From: Mytilus edulis
Lineage: Eukaryota
Direction: 5' to 3'
Length of the DNA stretch: 64,000 bases
Assembly (NCBI RefSeq): GCF_963676685.1
Contig: NC_092347.1
Coordinates: 82,832,001-82,896,000 of the forward strand
The position numbers were made by a program, and so were the translations under genes. The first letter of the stretch is position 1. Each line of letters begins with the position of its first letter. The notes below the pieces were generated by a model. It was not told where the DNA came from and did no database searches. It saw nothing but the letters and a program-made list of their open reading frames with translations. Positions 37,144 to 49,764 of the stretch are shown piece by piece.

Positions 37144-37187
37144 ACGCCAGACGCGCGTTTCGTCTTCATAAGACTCATCAGTGACGC
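37144..37187 (-). ncRNA. Minimal hammerhead ribozyme, fully intact copy
   Basis: GCGTCA-CTGATGA-GTCTT-ATG-AAGAC-GAAA-CGCGCG-TC-TGGCGT: stem I, canonical core, perfect stem II, palindromic stem III, GUC cleavage triplet. Confidence 0.85.
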
Positions 37188-38430
37188 TCAAATCAAAATA
37201 TTTATAAAGCCAAACAAGAACAAAGTTGAAGAGCATTGTTCCACAAAGTTCTTAGCATGATACCATTTCTCAAAATATACCTTTCTTCACCATCTATTTT
37301 TTCAATTACGCCGGTCAGCTCCTGCCACGTGATTTTTCAATAAGGTAATATATATGGTCTTTTTGTAAACATAACTATTTAAATATTATATGCTACAAAA
37401 GGCTACATCCAGCCATACGTAAATTCTAAATTTTCTTTAAATGTAATAAAAACAATTCATTTATGTGATATGCCGACTGGCATTTAGATGCATGTTCTTT
37501 TTATTAGTTGTTAGTGGTTTGAACTAGCTATCATTAACTGTGAGCATTCTCAGATCTGTACTAAGTGTCTTTTTGTTGTTAGGGTATACATGTACAAATA
37601 CCCGACTACGTTCACTCTGTATTTCTATTTGTATCAATCTCATGAGTTAAGACTTTTTCAACTGATTTGTAATTCGTATGTATGTGCCTGTCCCAAGTCA
37701 GGAACCTATTATTCAGTGGTTGTCGGTTTTTTATGTGATACATTTTGGTTTTCGTTCATTTTATGTACATGAATTGAATTGTTTTACAATTGTCATTTCG
37801 GAGCTGACTATGGGGTATTGGCTTTGCTCATTGTAGAAGGCCGTACGGTGACATATAGTTGTTAATTTCTGTGTCATATTGTCTATTGTGGAGTGCTGTT
37901 TCATTGGCAGTCATACCACATTTTCTTTTTTATATGAATTGGGAATCATAAAATTATCAACAAGACAGCATCTGTATTATGTTGACTGTTTTGATTTAGA
38001 TACTTTTGATTGTAAAAATTAAATGACAAATTGATAAAAAATCTAATTTCCTTAGAATTTATTATTTTACAACAATGTAAAAGTTCTAAAATAGATACAC
38101 GATCGAATATTTTCACCTATACATACAACTCACTTATCAAGAGTACAAAAATGCGAGGAAAATGTTGTACGGTCGGTCAAAAATTCACGATGAAAGTTCA
38201 TATGATTAATGGGTCTTTTTTTTTTAGGTAAGTTCTAAACATTTCAACATACCAACATAAATACGTTCTGGTTAATGAACTGATTCTGATCTGCTTTATC
38301 TTATCGGTTAACTTCCATTACGAAGGCTATGCTCTTACTTTATAAATGGAAAAATAAGTGATAAGAACCAGCCTTTAATTCGTGTATATATAACACTGAC
38401 AAGTGGTAAAATTTAATTATATCGGACAAT

Positions 38431-41400
38431 ATGTTTCGTTACACAGCTTTGATTGTGCTCCCAGCTTTGGTTTGGTCTTGCTGTCCACCAAGTAAATGGG
38501 AAGGATCCGAGTATATTGCTCTTGGTTCCACAGATGGCAAGGGACAGGGACATTACACTGAGGTAACTTTACATATCGCAAAAAACTGAAGAAAAGTGTA
38601 AGGTGTTCATTTCTTTTTTACTGATGCTTGATTAAAAAAAATTATTTCTATCAAATTATTAATCATTTCACTTTAACCTATAGCTACTCTATCATTGACC
38701 ATGGACAAAAGAAGTATCGGTGTTACAGACAATCATCCATATAAGTAATGATTGAGATTTGTTTTCGGTAAACATGGAGTCTGGAGCCTTTAAACGCAGT
38801 CAGGAGACTATAAACTTAGAATTGAGAACTCAGTTGTAATTCAGAGGGTGTCATTTATAACCGTGTATCATATTTGGTTTTGTTTATTTTGTACATAATT
38901 AGATGTTAGTTTTCTCGTTTGAATAGTTTTACATGTTATGTTATGTAGGTGCTTTCTTGAGCTTACTAATTGCTATTTGTTTTGCTTATTGTTGAAGGTC
39001 ATAAGGTGACATATAGTAGCTAATAAATACGTCATTTGGTTGCTGGTGGATAGTATTCTCATTGTCAAACATGCCATATCTTCGTATTTTATATATACGA
39101 CCAATCTTTGAACCAGTTTCAATAATAGATTGTCTTATCGGGTCATACATGTATGCATGCATGCTCATAGTACATGGAAGCTCAAAAGTATAAATGTGTG
39201 TATTTAGTCTGATTAAGCACTTTAAGAATTCATAATTTAAATTTCAAAGAAATAATTCCAAAATAAGAAAAAAAGATTTTGGACGATATCTATAATACTA
39301 ATGCAGCACAATGCATTAGCGAAAGAATAAATATATTTAAATAGATTGATTCTTTATTGTCGTAAGTCGTTGAATCAAAGATCAGATAAATTAAAAAAAA
39401 AAAAAATTATTTTAACGATTTTGAATAAAGGGTCAATGTTTTTGAATATTTCAACGAAATGAGCAGATACCTCAAATTATGCTCTCTGAATTATTAAATT
39501 CGTACGAGGAGGTATCTTTGATGAAGTTGATAGAATTTAAAATGGAAACTTTTTTACTCCATGCAGCTTGAAATCTTCAGTTTCAGTTTCCGTGGTTGGC
39601 AATTATGCAAAAAAAAAAATGTTATCCTTTCAAATATATATACATTTTAGTTGTGAAACATTATCTCGAATGGTTTTCAAAAGAGGTAATTATCCCCCTT
39701 ACATACAAATACAAACTCTTGAAATAGAATTATAGCTGATTATTCTATTTTTAGATTTCACAGAATGTAACTGTAGATACAGACATGAGGAGAGTATTTA
39801 TAACACAACAACTTTCAATGGACGGTCAGGGTATGGAACAGAAAATATTACAAGATTATAGTTCTGTAAGTGAATAAATATATCGATCGTCATACTAATT
39901 CTTAAATGTTATCTACTTTAACTACCAGTTGATTATAGTGTATTATTATTTTTTTCCCTGTCTTTTGCAATTCCTTCAAAACTTTGATCATTACTCCAGT
40001 GACCAATCTCCAGCATTCAAACCTGTTTTTGCTTTTATGATGACTTATAAACATAATGCTGAAAAGAAATTTTAAAAGATTTAAAGTCATTACAATAAGT
40101 TTGTTATATAGTTAACTATGTGAGAGTCATATCTTTACGGATATGTTACCGGATTTAGTATCCATTGGAACTCAACTGAGAGTAAAATGAGTATTTGAAT
40201 AAGCCTTTATTTTCACTTATATTAATAAAAAAATAAAAAAATGCGTCAATTAAACTTTTGTCTTTTTCTCATGAACAGGGAGAACAATACGTAACAACAA
40301 CAAAAGATGGTATGGAAATTAGTTGTATGAGAATGCCAATTAACTCAATTGAGCCCGGATGTGTTCCAAGTAAGTATAGTGTTTTGTTGACATTTGTTTA
40401 TCTTTTTGACATTCGATTTGGTCATTGTGTTGTCTGTCGAATGACTGTTCTGGTTACCTCTTGGTGTTGTCTGTCGAATGACTGTTCTGGTTACCTCTTG
40501 GTGTTTTCTGTCGCATGAGTATTCTGGTTACCTCTTGGTGTTTTCTGTCGAATGACTGTTCTGGTTACCTCTTGGTGTTGTCTGTCGAATGACTGTTCTG
40601 GTTACCTCTTGGTGTTTTCTGTCGCATGAGTATTCTGGTTACCTCTTGGTGTTTTCTGTCGAATGACTGTTCTGGTTACCTCTTGGTGTTGTCTGTCGAA
40701 TGACTGTTCTGGTTACCTCTTGGTGTTGTCTGTCGAATGACTGTTCTTGTTACCTCTTGGTGTTGTCTGTCGAATGACTGTTCTGGTTACCTCTTGGTGT
40801 TGTCTGTCGCATGAGTGTTCTGGTAACCTCTAGGTGTTGTCTGTCGAATGACTGTTCTGGTTACCTCTTTGTGTTGTCTGTCGAATGAGTGTTCTGGGAA
40901 CCTCTTGGTGTTGTCTATCGAATGAATGTTCTGGTTACCTCTTGGTTATGTCTGTCGAATGAGTGTTCTGGTTACCTCTTGGTGTTGTCTGTCGAATGAC
41001 TGTTATGGTTACCTCTTGGTGTTGTCTGTCGAATGAGTGTTCTGGTTACCTCTTGGTGTTGTCTGTCGAATGAGTGTTATGGTTACCTCTTGGTGTTGTC
41101 TGTCGAATGAGTGTTCTAGTTACTTCTTGGTGTTGTCTGTCGAATGAGTGTTCTGGTTATCTCTTGGTGTTGTCTGTCGAATAAGTGTTCTGGTTACCTC
41201 TTGGTGTTTTCTAATTTTTATTGTATCAGTGTTAAACTTTTGGATACGTTCTACACTGATTGTATGGCGTTTTAATGTAAAAAATAATCAGCAGTATTTT
41301 AAATAGCCCGCATGCTATTGTATCAACTATAAAATTAATTCGCTTTTTCGGCTCATACCTAAAGATATCTGAAAATGTTTTCTGTAACAAACCTTCGCAG

Positions 41401-43462
41401 AAACAGTCTGTGCACCTAATTTGATCAAATAATTCGAACTGCATTGCATAAAATGAAAATAAAAAAAAATCATGCAAGACTTACTTAAATTAATTATACC
41501 TTTTGGGACGAGAAAACAATCCGTTGACACCAAAACGCAAAGGCCACCAATAGACCAACATTCAATTTTCTGACTACTAATTAGATATGGAAAATTTGAA
41601 CTAACATAAAATTTGTTTAATGGCGTCCATTTCAAAATGTGGGACAGGGGGTTAGCCTGAACAATATGATTATGTAATGGAATATGCTTACATCTTCAGA
41701 AACAAAATGTTCTCAAATGATTTGATATTCACTATTTTATATTTTACCTTTTTTTGTAGAGAATCATACAAAAATAATTCAGTCTTATTTCGGAGCTGGA
41801 AGCTCAAAGGTTATGGCTACAATGTACAAATTCAATATGGGCCAGAACGTTATCTATGCCACTATGTCCGACGATGGATGCATACCTCTGGCTTATGAAG
41901 CATCAGGAGCAACTGAAGATGGAGGTAATAGTTCGGAGCTACTTTAATTATTTCGATCAGATTGACAATTAAATGCATGGGAAAGCTTGATACTAAATTT
42001 GTTGTATGTTATACTCAATTTGTGTTAACACGTCTTGAACGGATTGCCTTGGAGATGTAAACAACTGCAGTTCGTTTTTTTTTATGGCAATGTGTAGTTC
42101 ATCTTAAGCAAACTTTAAGACAAACCTTTGGCATATGAAACCTCGGAAGAAACTGAAGGTGCAGGTAATAGTAAGAGCTACTTTAAGTATCTTCTATCAA
42201 AGTGAATATCTAATTCCTATAAATAACTAACTTGAAAAAAAAAATGTAGGATTCGCAATTTAAATTATTTATAGCGCCATTATATAATATTTTGATATTG
42301 TCCAGTTGGGGGAAAACATGATATTTAATTTGTTTATGTTATATTTAATTTGTGTACACACGTCTTGAGCGGATTTCCAAACAAATGTAGTTCGTTTTTT
42401 CATGGCAATGCCTTGATCATCTTAACCGGAATACAAGGCAAAGACAAAATATCAGATATCTGGCAGTTTCAATTCACGATATATATAGCATAACTTAAAC
42501 TGATAAACTGACATCCGTGTACTATTAAAAGTATAAACATATGTTGGAACTGCTTTTTTGAATATCACTAACATCATCAAAGAAAGGCACCATTTCCCAA
42601 CGTATGTTTTATAAATGCAAAAACTTAAAAAAATCAAATCATAGCAATCAAACTTAACTTTAAAGGATTCAAATTTTAAATTAATTTAATTGATCGCACA
42701 TGTGTATACAACTGTAACTTTTTTTTTATAATTTGACCTCATTTCGAAGAATGTGAAGAAAACATTCCCTTCCAGCTAGAGCACTTATTTTAACTCCTGG
42801 TGTCTGTTTGATTAAAATTACACAAATATTTAGTTATATATGGTGAAATGCTCATATGTTGTTACTTTACACTTATATTAATTTCTTATAGGTGGATATC
42901 AAATGACTGTCGAGTTTTTCGGAATTACCCCAGGAGTTGCATCCACATCTGTATTTCAAACACCAAAAAATTGCGTAAGTAGTATTTCACATCAGAATTA
43001 CCTTTATATATTCATCCACAAAAGTACTTAAGATTTTTATGGCACATTTTTTTTTGTACACATCAATTAGAAGAAAATGTAAAATTATGACTGCATTAAT
43101 GAAAAATATGAATTTACTGTAACGTCATTAAAAAGCAAAATTTGGGGATATGCACTCCAGGAACATTTAGGATAATCTGACATGGAGAAGAAACGTCGCC
43201 CAAATTATTATTTTGTTGTTAAAATGCAGCTAATTACAAAATACGTTCAGCATAACTATCTGTTTGTATCAGGGGTTGTGTCAAACAGTAAATAGGTTGA
43301 ACGACTTTGCAGTTTAACTGTATTTATTGGTGCTTCATAAATGTATAACCAAATAAACGGAAATGATTCATACTAAAATATGTTCTTGAACTTGATTACT
43401 CTAATGTTTATTCATTTTTTTAGCCGATGCCAAAACCAGTCATATCCGGACTTGGAAAATAA
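38431..43462 (+). CDS. Ependymin-related protein, paralog 4 (6 coding exons, ~206 aa, secreted)
   Basis: Exons 38431-38562 (MFRYTALIVLPALVWS then CCPPSKWEG), 39755-39865, 40279-40369 (EPGCVP), 41760-41924 (MSDDGCIPLAYE), 42892-42974 (GGYQMTVEFFGITPG...SVFQTPKNC) and 43424-43462 (PMPKPVISGLGK*). Confidence 0.92.
40425..41210. repeat. 37-bp minisatellite (~21 copies) in intron 3 of EPDR paralog 4
   Basis: Unit tgtctgtcgaatgactgttctggttacctcttggtgt. Confidence 0.95.
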
Positions 43463-46400
43463 GAACATTTCTTTATGATACTCAAGATTTCAACCTCAGG
43501 ATTGGATATATTAAAATGGTGTACTTTTTCATAGTTGTCTTGTTTTCATATATATTGTGAGAAGGAGGGTATGGTGTAAATGAGCACGAGTAAAAAAGCC
43601 TAATACTGGGAGTGTATCATTGTACTAGCAATATTATTGTTGTTTCTCTTCGTTTTGGTACATAAAGGCAATAGTATAGTTTATAACCCACTGCCTTATA
43701 TTGATTGATAGTTAAAATACATTGATTACTAGTGAAATGTTATTATCTGAAACTTCCGGTTTCATGGTATTTGTTAAACGAATTCACGATAATCCATTGT
43801 ATCTCAAATACACATATGTAGCAGAGCTTAAGTTTTCGTTCTTGGTTTTCGGTGTTGTTCAGTCTTTAAAATTCTCTATAGTAGTTTCTGTTTGTCTTTT
43901 TGCCATTATGTTGCTTGATTTAATTCTTTTTTGTTTGTTTTACTGCAATGTTACATGTTTGATTTTCAATGAAGTCCTTAGAGAAACAATCATCTTAATA
44001 ACAATAAACATTCGAACAACACATGCAATTGAAGAAAGACTTACAGTAGAAAATATGGTTGATAGGTAATGCCAATGTACTTTCTGAATAAATCGTCTTT
44101 CCGTTAATAAGGAATTTAAGTTGATATCAATTGTGTTCTTCCTTTTATTAATGAATCAGTCATTGCAAATAATTGCGCTTTTAAGTGAAAAACAAAGTTT
44201 TCGACCGCTAATCAATCGCATTGCTTGTAACAGTAAAAAACTTATGACAACAAAATTATCGACATTGCAAACAGGACTCCTCAGTATTCGATTTGTTCGC
44301 CTCAAGGACTCATTTGCTATTTGAATTTGAAACACATTAATTACATGTAGTTTAAAACTGATAAAAGATTCAGTGAAAACTAATTTCAATAAACATAGAT
44401 TTATCGTATATTGTTTTATTTTACTTTGAAATATGGCAAACAACGATAACAGTATCATTCGTGTATGTAACTATGACGACAAATAATGACAGAAAGAAAA
44501 CTATACTTAAAATATTCAAAATAACATAGAATAACGGATATTTTAAAGAACGATTTGTTCATTAATCATATCACGAAATTTTGGTCAAAACGGCCCATTT
44601 GCATAACGTTATCATTCTAATGTTTGCTTTCTTTAATGCTGTGTGACCACAACTCCATGGTAAACTATCTTTATCCATAATAACCCTAATTTCAACTTTA
44701 TACTCTATGTAGAAACTGACAAAGAACATGTTCACCCTAAGTATAGTAGACGGTACATAAACATGAACACTTGTGGTTTCGAAATAATTCATAATCAATT
44801 CCTTTACCAATGTAAGCAAACAAAATCTTTCTAACGCTGCTACAAAAGTTATATTATTTTACTGTTTTCAACTCAACAATTATATATCCCAAAATAGGCA
44901 AAATAATAACAAAATTTTTGAAACACGTCAACAAAATATAGATTTTTCATTTAGTTTTAATTAAATCAAACATTACTTTGACATAAATTTTAGAATCTAT
45001 AACATGATTTGTTTTCAACCGACCCTTCATGTCAATTTCTAGAAATAAGATATGGAACAGTCTTAACCATCTTTGGTTTCCTTTATTTCAAGTTTGATTT
45101 GATAGACGCGTTTTACTTTATCAATGATCTAATTTATACAGTGTGATGACAGCATCATCTAACAGAGTTTCGAGTTAAAGTTATTGCTGGCTTCATTTCA
45201 TTCTTTTTGAAAAGCTCATATATGAATACACAATTGTGTCCCAAACAATTTAGAAAGGTAGTTGAAAAACACATTCTCTAAATGTAACACATATGTTGAC
45301 AATCCAGATCCAGATTATATCAATTTCGGAGAATTGTTTGGTTAAATCAAATCCGTTTTTGACAAGGTTTATTGTTTCCTTTTCTAAAATTAGATATTTC
45401 TATCTACGTAAATGGAGGGAAATTTCATTAGTTTGAGTAAGGTCTTAACGCATCATTGTCGTTTTATCAGTAGCAACCATTATGTAGGTTTACTAGAAAT
45501 AAGCAACAATAAGAAGTGTGTTTAGCATATTTGCAGGACAACACAAAAGACTTTTTAAGTAGTAAAAATTAAAATCCTTAATCTGTAAACTTTCATTTGT
45601 TTGCTTGAAAAAGTCATAGGAAAGAAAATAAAAACAGCCGAATTTGAACATGAAAAACAATAAAGCATCATATCTAATTAATACTTAACGCCGAAAGACT
45701 GTATACTATAATTTATTTGCTCGATAAATCAAAAGGAAGAAAAATTCGAGCTTATCTCATACCATTTAAGGTAACAGTAAAAGAAATCCAAAAATGTAAA
45801 TGAAAAAAAAGAAAGCATTTCTCTAATGAAGATATGCAACGACAAAAGGCTTATAACAAAAATTGCAGTATGACGTGTCTTTTAAACAAATTCTTACGAA
45901 ACAAAACAGGGGAATTGGCAGTTATGAAATGTTTTTAAAAATAGTATAGATTTTATTAGTTATAAATGTTAGAAACTAGATAATTTTAAACTCTATTTCG
46001 GACAAGGTTTGTTGAACAACCTTGAACTTTCTAATCTTGTATTGAAGTTTAGAATAAGCGTGTTAAGTCTAACTTAGTAGTACATTATTACTTATAATCT
46101 TTATGCAAATAAAAAAAATCATTTCAATTGAATATGGACCGTTACTGGTTTAATAATTATATAAAATAAATCTCAATTCAAATTTGATTTTTTTTTTAAA
46201 AGCATAAAGTTAAAGTCACAAGATAGTATGAATATAGAAATGATAAAGGCACTTGCATCTGTGAAGGACACTGAATCAAACAATGATGAAAACTGTGTGT
46301 GTTGGCTTGTTATAGAAATATTGAGGAAAACAGTATTTTCACAATCAAAAGATTCATGAAAAGTCCAATTCTAAATAAAGAAAAAGGTTGTCACATAGAC

Positions 46401-46479
46401 TGGCAATTAGGACATCTAACACAATGATGTGACGAACGTGTTATTCGCTGCCCAATCTTCCAATCGTATGTGGGTCGAT

Positions 46480-46775
46480 TTTTGTTCTCAAATATTTTTC
46501 TGACATATATAGGAGAATATGACCGTCGTCATATGTGAAACAGATATCTCATATCATTTCAAAGGGATGATTTCGATTTCACCGCTTGGAATTCTATGAT
46601 CAATAGCATTCTTGCAAGCAGCAAAGAAATACAATTTCTGGAATGTCGTATCAAATTGTAGATATATATACCATATCCTGGTACATCTGAGATGTTGCTA
46701 CATAAAAAAGAAAGTTCACAATTTGCATGCTGAATTCATCTCTTTTGTGGTAAAGTTTTGTTCTCCACAGATCGT
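46480..46775 (-). mobile_element. Old Penelope-type RT fragment
   Basis: The - strand reads roughly TKLYHKRDEFSMQIVNFLFLCSNISDVPGYGIYI, homologous to the ORF at 48835. Confidence 0.55.
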
Positions 46776-48359
46776 CATTGTAAATTGTTAGATACACACC
46801 AATTTATTAATCAGATTATTATAAATATGATGGAATTTGATGCGACTGTCATACAAGTGAGAGGTTTAGCGCTATAAAACCAGTTTCAACCGACCATTTT
46901 CTACATTTGAAAATAACTGCACCAAGTCAGGAATATGACAGTTGTTGTCAATTGGTTTGATGTGTTTTATCATATGATTTTTCCATTTGATTAGGGACTT
47001 TTCGTTTTGAACTTTCCTCGGAGTTCAGTATGTTTGTGATTTTACTTTTTTTGTATTCTTTAATACAAGTTCGATGGATAAGATAGGGTTGGATTATTTA
47101 GTGAGATATCGTAATCCATCTTTCGGAACGTGAAGTTAAAGGATAATGCTAGATTGTGTTCATTCTTTTAATAAGATCCTATATAAAAACAGCCTTCAAA
47201 TGATAAAAAAATCGATTTTCAAGAAGAGGAGCACAATTAATTATTATGATTGTCCCAATAGTTTGTTGAAAAACACGTCCTGCAAACGTTGCAAAGAAAT
47301 CTATTATTTGATAACAAAAGTGTGTGGGAAAGTTTTATTTGATTCAGAGTGATGTGTTTTCAAAGTATGATTTCCCTCCCTATGGCTAGATACTTGTATC
47401 TACGTTAGTCATTTTTTTTTATGGAATTTAATTTGTTTTTTAGTTTGGAATATGGAAAAATTGTATAAAGGGTAGACACGTGAAATGTTTAAATAGTTTT
47501 GCAAGGGGAAAAATATTCAGATTGTATGTACTCTAACACATCTTTGGAATTCTGACGCCACCACTTCAGTAAGTAGTTTCACAATTACTAAAGCCAGGAT
47601 TTTATTGGTGGTAAAATTGTGTTTATAATTTGAAAAAAGGTCCCGCTATTTAATTATGTTATAATTACATTTATTTAATTAAGTTATCAAATTAAAGGCG
47701 GAATCAGGCGTTTTAACATGTTATATTTATAATGAACACAAAATTATCAAGGAATGAAACACAGGGTTTCAATTTCACTCTACTTTTATCAGTTTATGGC
47801 AAAACTGTATAACTCTATCATTATTCATTTACTCTTTTTGAGAAACAAGTAAACATATATATATATATTCCATTTGTCGCAGTCCTACTTTCCTCGGGTC
47901 CCTAGTTTTGACGTTGATGGGTATATAATCATGGACACTATACCTTGCCCCACCGCATTCATTTCTTGTAATATTTGCAAAATCTACCTAATGAAATAGT
48001 AATCATTTGTTTTCGTTTTGAATATGAATGAAATATTTGCCATTGAACGTTATAGAAACAATCAAGCAAACAATCATTCCTCAATTAAATTAAGACAACA
48101 GTGGTATACCTTGTTCAAAAGTCATAAATAAGTAAAGAGAGAACAAATACGGGTTACAAACTATAATCGAAATAAAACACATTAACTATAAAAGACAAGC
48201 AACAGAATAACAGAAGCAATGAAAGGCAACAAAAATATACACCAAGAGGACGTTTGAAGAACAAATGGTGGTTGAAGATGATTATAAGATCACACTGTAC
48301 AATGAAAATTTAACCCTTCACGCAGTAAACATAAAATTAATTAAATGTATAACTGTAAA

Positions 48360-49735
48360 GTTTACAAATGCAATGCAGATTCCAACTGCTCCACGAAACC
48401 TCTTTCTAAATTATTAACATCTATTTTATCAGCAATCAAAGCCGAGCTCCAAAGTTATCATGAAACTGCCTTTTCTAGAGGTGGCGTGAATCAGATGTGG
48501 ATACTACAAAATTCCAAAGATCTTTTATAGTCATACAATCTAAGACTCTCTCATCTTGCAATAGTATTAAAACATTTGACTTTTCTACACTTTACAGAAG
48601 TATTCCCCATTCCAAACTAAAAAACAAATTGAAAGAGTTGGTATTACTTTGTTTCCTCAAATAGAATGGTGAACGTAGATATAAGTATCTTGTCTTGGGG
48701 AGGGATAAGTTTTACTTTGTAAAGAATCACTCTGATTCAAACAAACAATTCTCTGAAACTGACATTATCAAGATGCTTGACAATATATTTGTAACGTTTG
48801 GAGGACGTGTTTTCAACAGACTGTCCGAATTCGAATGGGAACCAGTTGTGTCCCTCTTCTTGCAGACTTGTTTCTTTATTATTATGAGGCTGACTCCATA
48901 CAGGAACTTCTTAGGGCACAAGTTAAGTTAGCAATATCCTTAAACTTTACGTTCCGCTATATTAATGATGTTCTCTCACTAAATAATACAAAATTTGGTG
49001 ACTATGTTGAACGAATCTATCCAATCGAACTAGAGATAAAGGATACTACAGATACAGCTAAATCTGTCTCATATCTTAACCTACATCAAGAAATTGACAA
49101 TGAGGGTCGATTGAAAACAGAACTTTACGACAAAAGTGATGATTTCAGCTTCCCAAATGTGAACTTTCCATTTCTATGTAGCAACATTTCAGCAGCGCCT
49201 GCATACGGAGTATATATCTCTCAACCGATACGATATGTCCGGGCTTATATTTCCTATGATGATTTCCTTGATAGAGGATTGCTACTCACAAGGAAGCCAT
49301 TAAACCAAGAGTTCCAAATTGTGTAGTTGAAATCATCCCTTCGTAAATTGTACGGACGCCATCACGAGTTTGTTGACTGTTATGGAATAACCGTTTCACA
49401 GATGATATCGGATATGTTCCTTATGTCGTAACTACAATACCCTTCCTTTTCACGAATGTGACCTACCGAATAAGACAATTTTTATCGGATTTGTAATAAC
49501 ATAAGCAACACGACGGGTGCCACATGTGGAGCATGATATTCTTACCGTTCCGGAACACCTGAGATCACCCCCAGTTTTGGTGGGGTTCGTGTTCCTTAGT
49601 CTTTAGTTTTCTATGGTGTGTCTTCTGTGTTATTATTTGTCTGTTCGTCTTTTTATTTTTAGCCATGGCGTTGTCAGTTTATTTTCTATCTACGAGTTTG
49701 ACTCTCCCTCTGGTATCTTTTGTCCCTCTTTTAGA
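48360..49735 (+). mobile_element. 5'-truncated, frameshifted Penelope-type retroelement (RT remnant + 3' tail)
   Basis: IKTFDFSTLY, MGTSCVPLLADLFLY, FRYINDVLSLNN (mutated YIDD), LYDKSDDF, YGVYISQPIRY. Contains stops and frameshifts. Confidence 0.78.
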
Positions 49736-49764
49736 CGAGGTAAACCATTGAACCGTAAGGATTG

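Noticed and set aside
48835-49326. Functional reverse transcriptase gene
   Set aside because: The catalytic YIDD is mutated to YIND and there are upstream stops and frameshifts. It is a dead retroelement copy.
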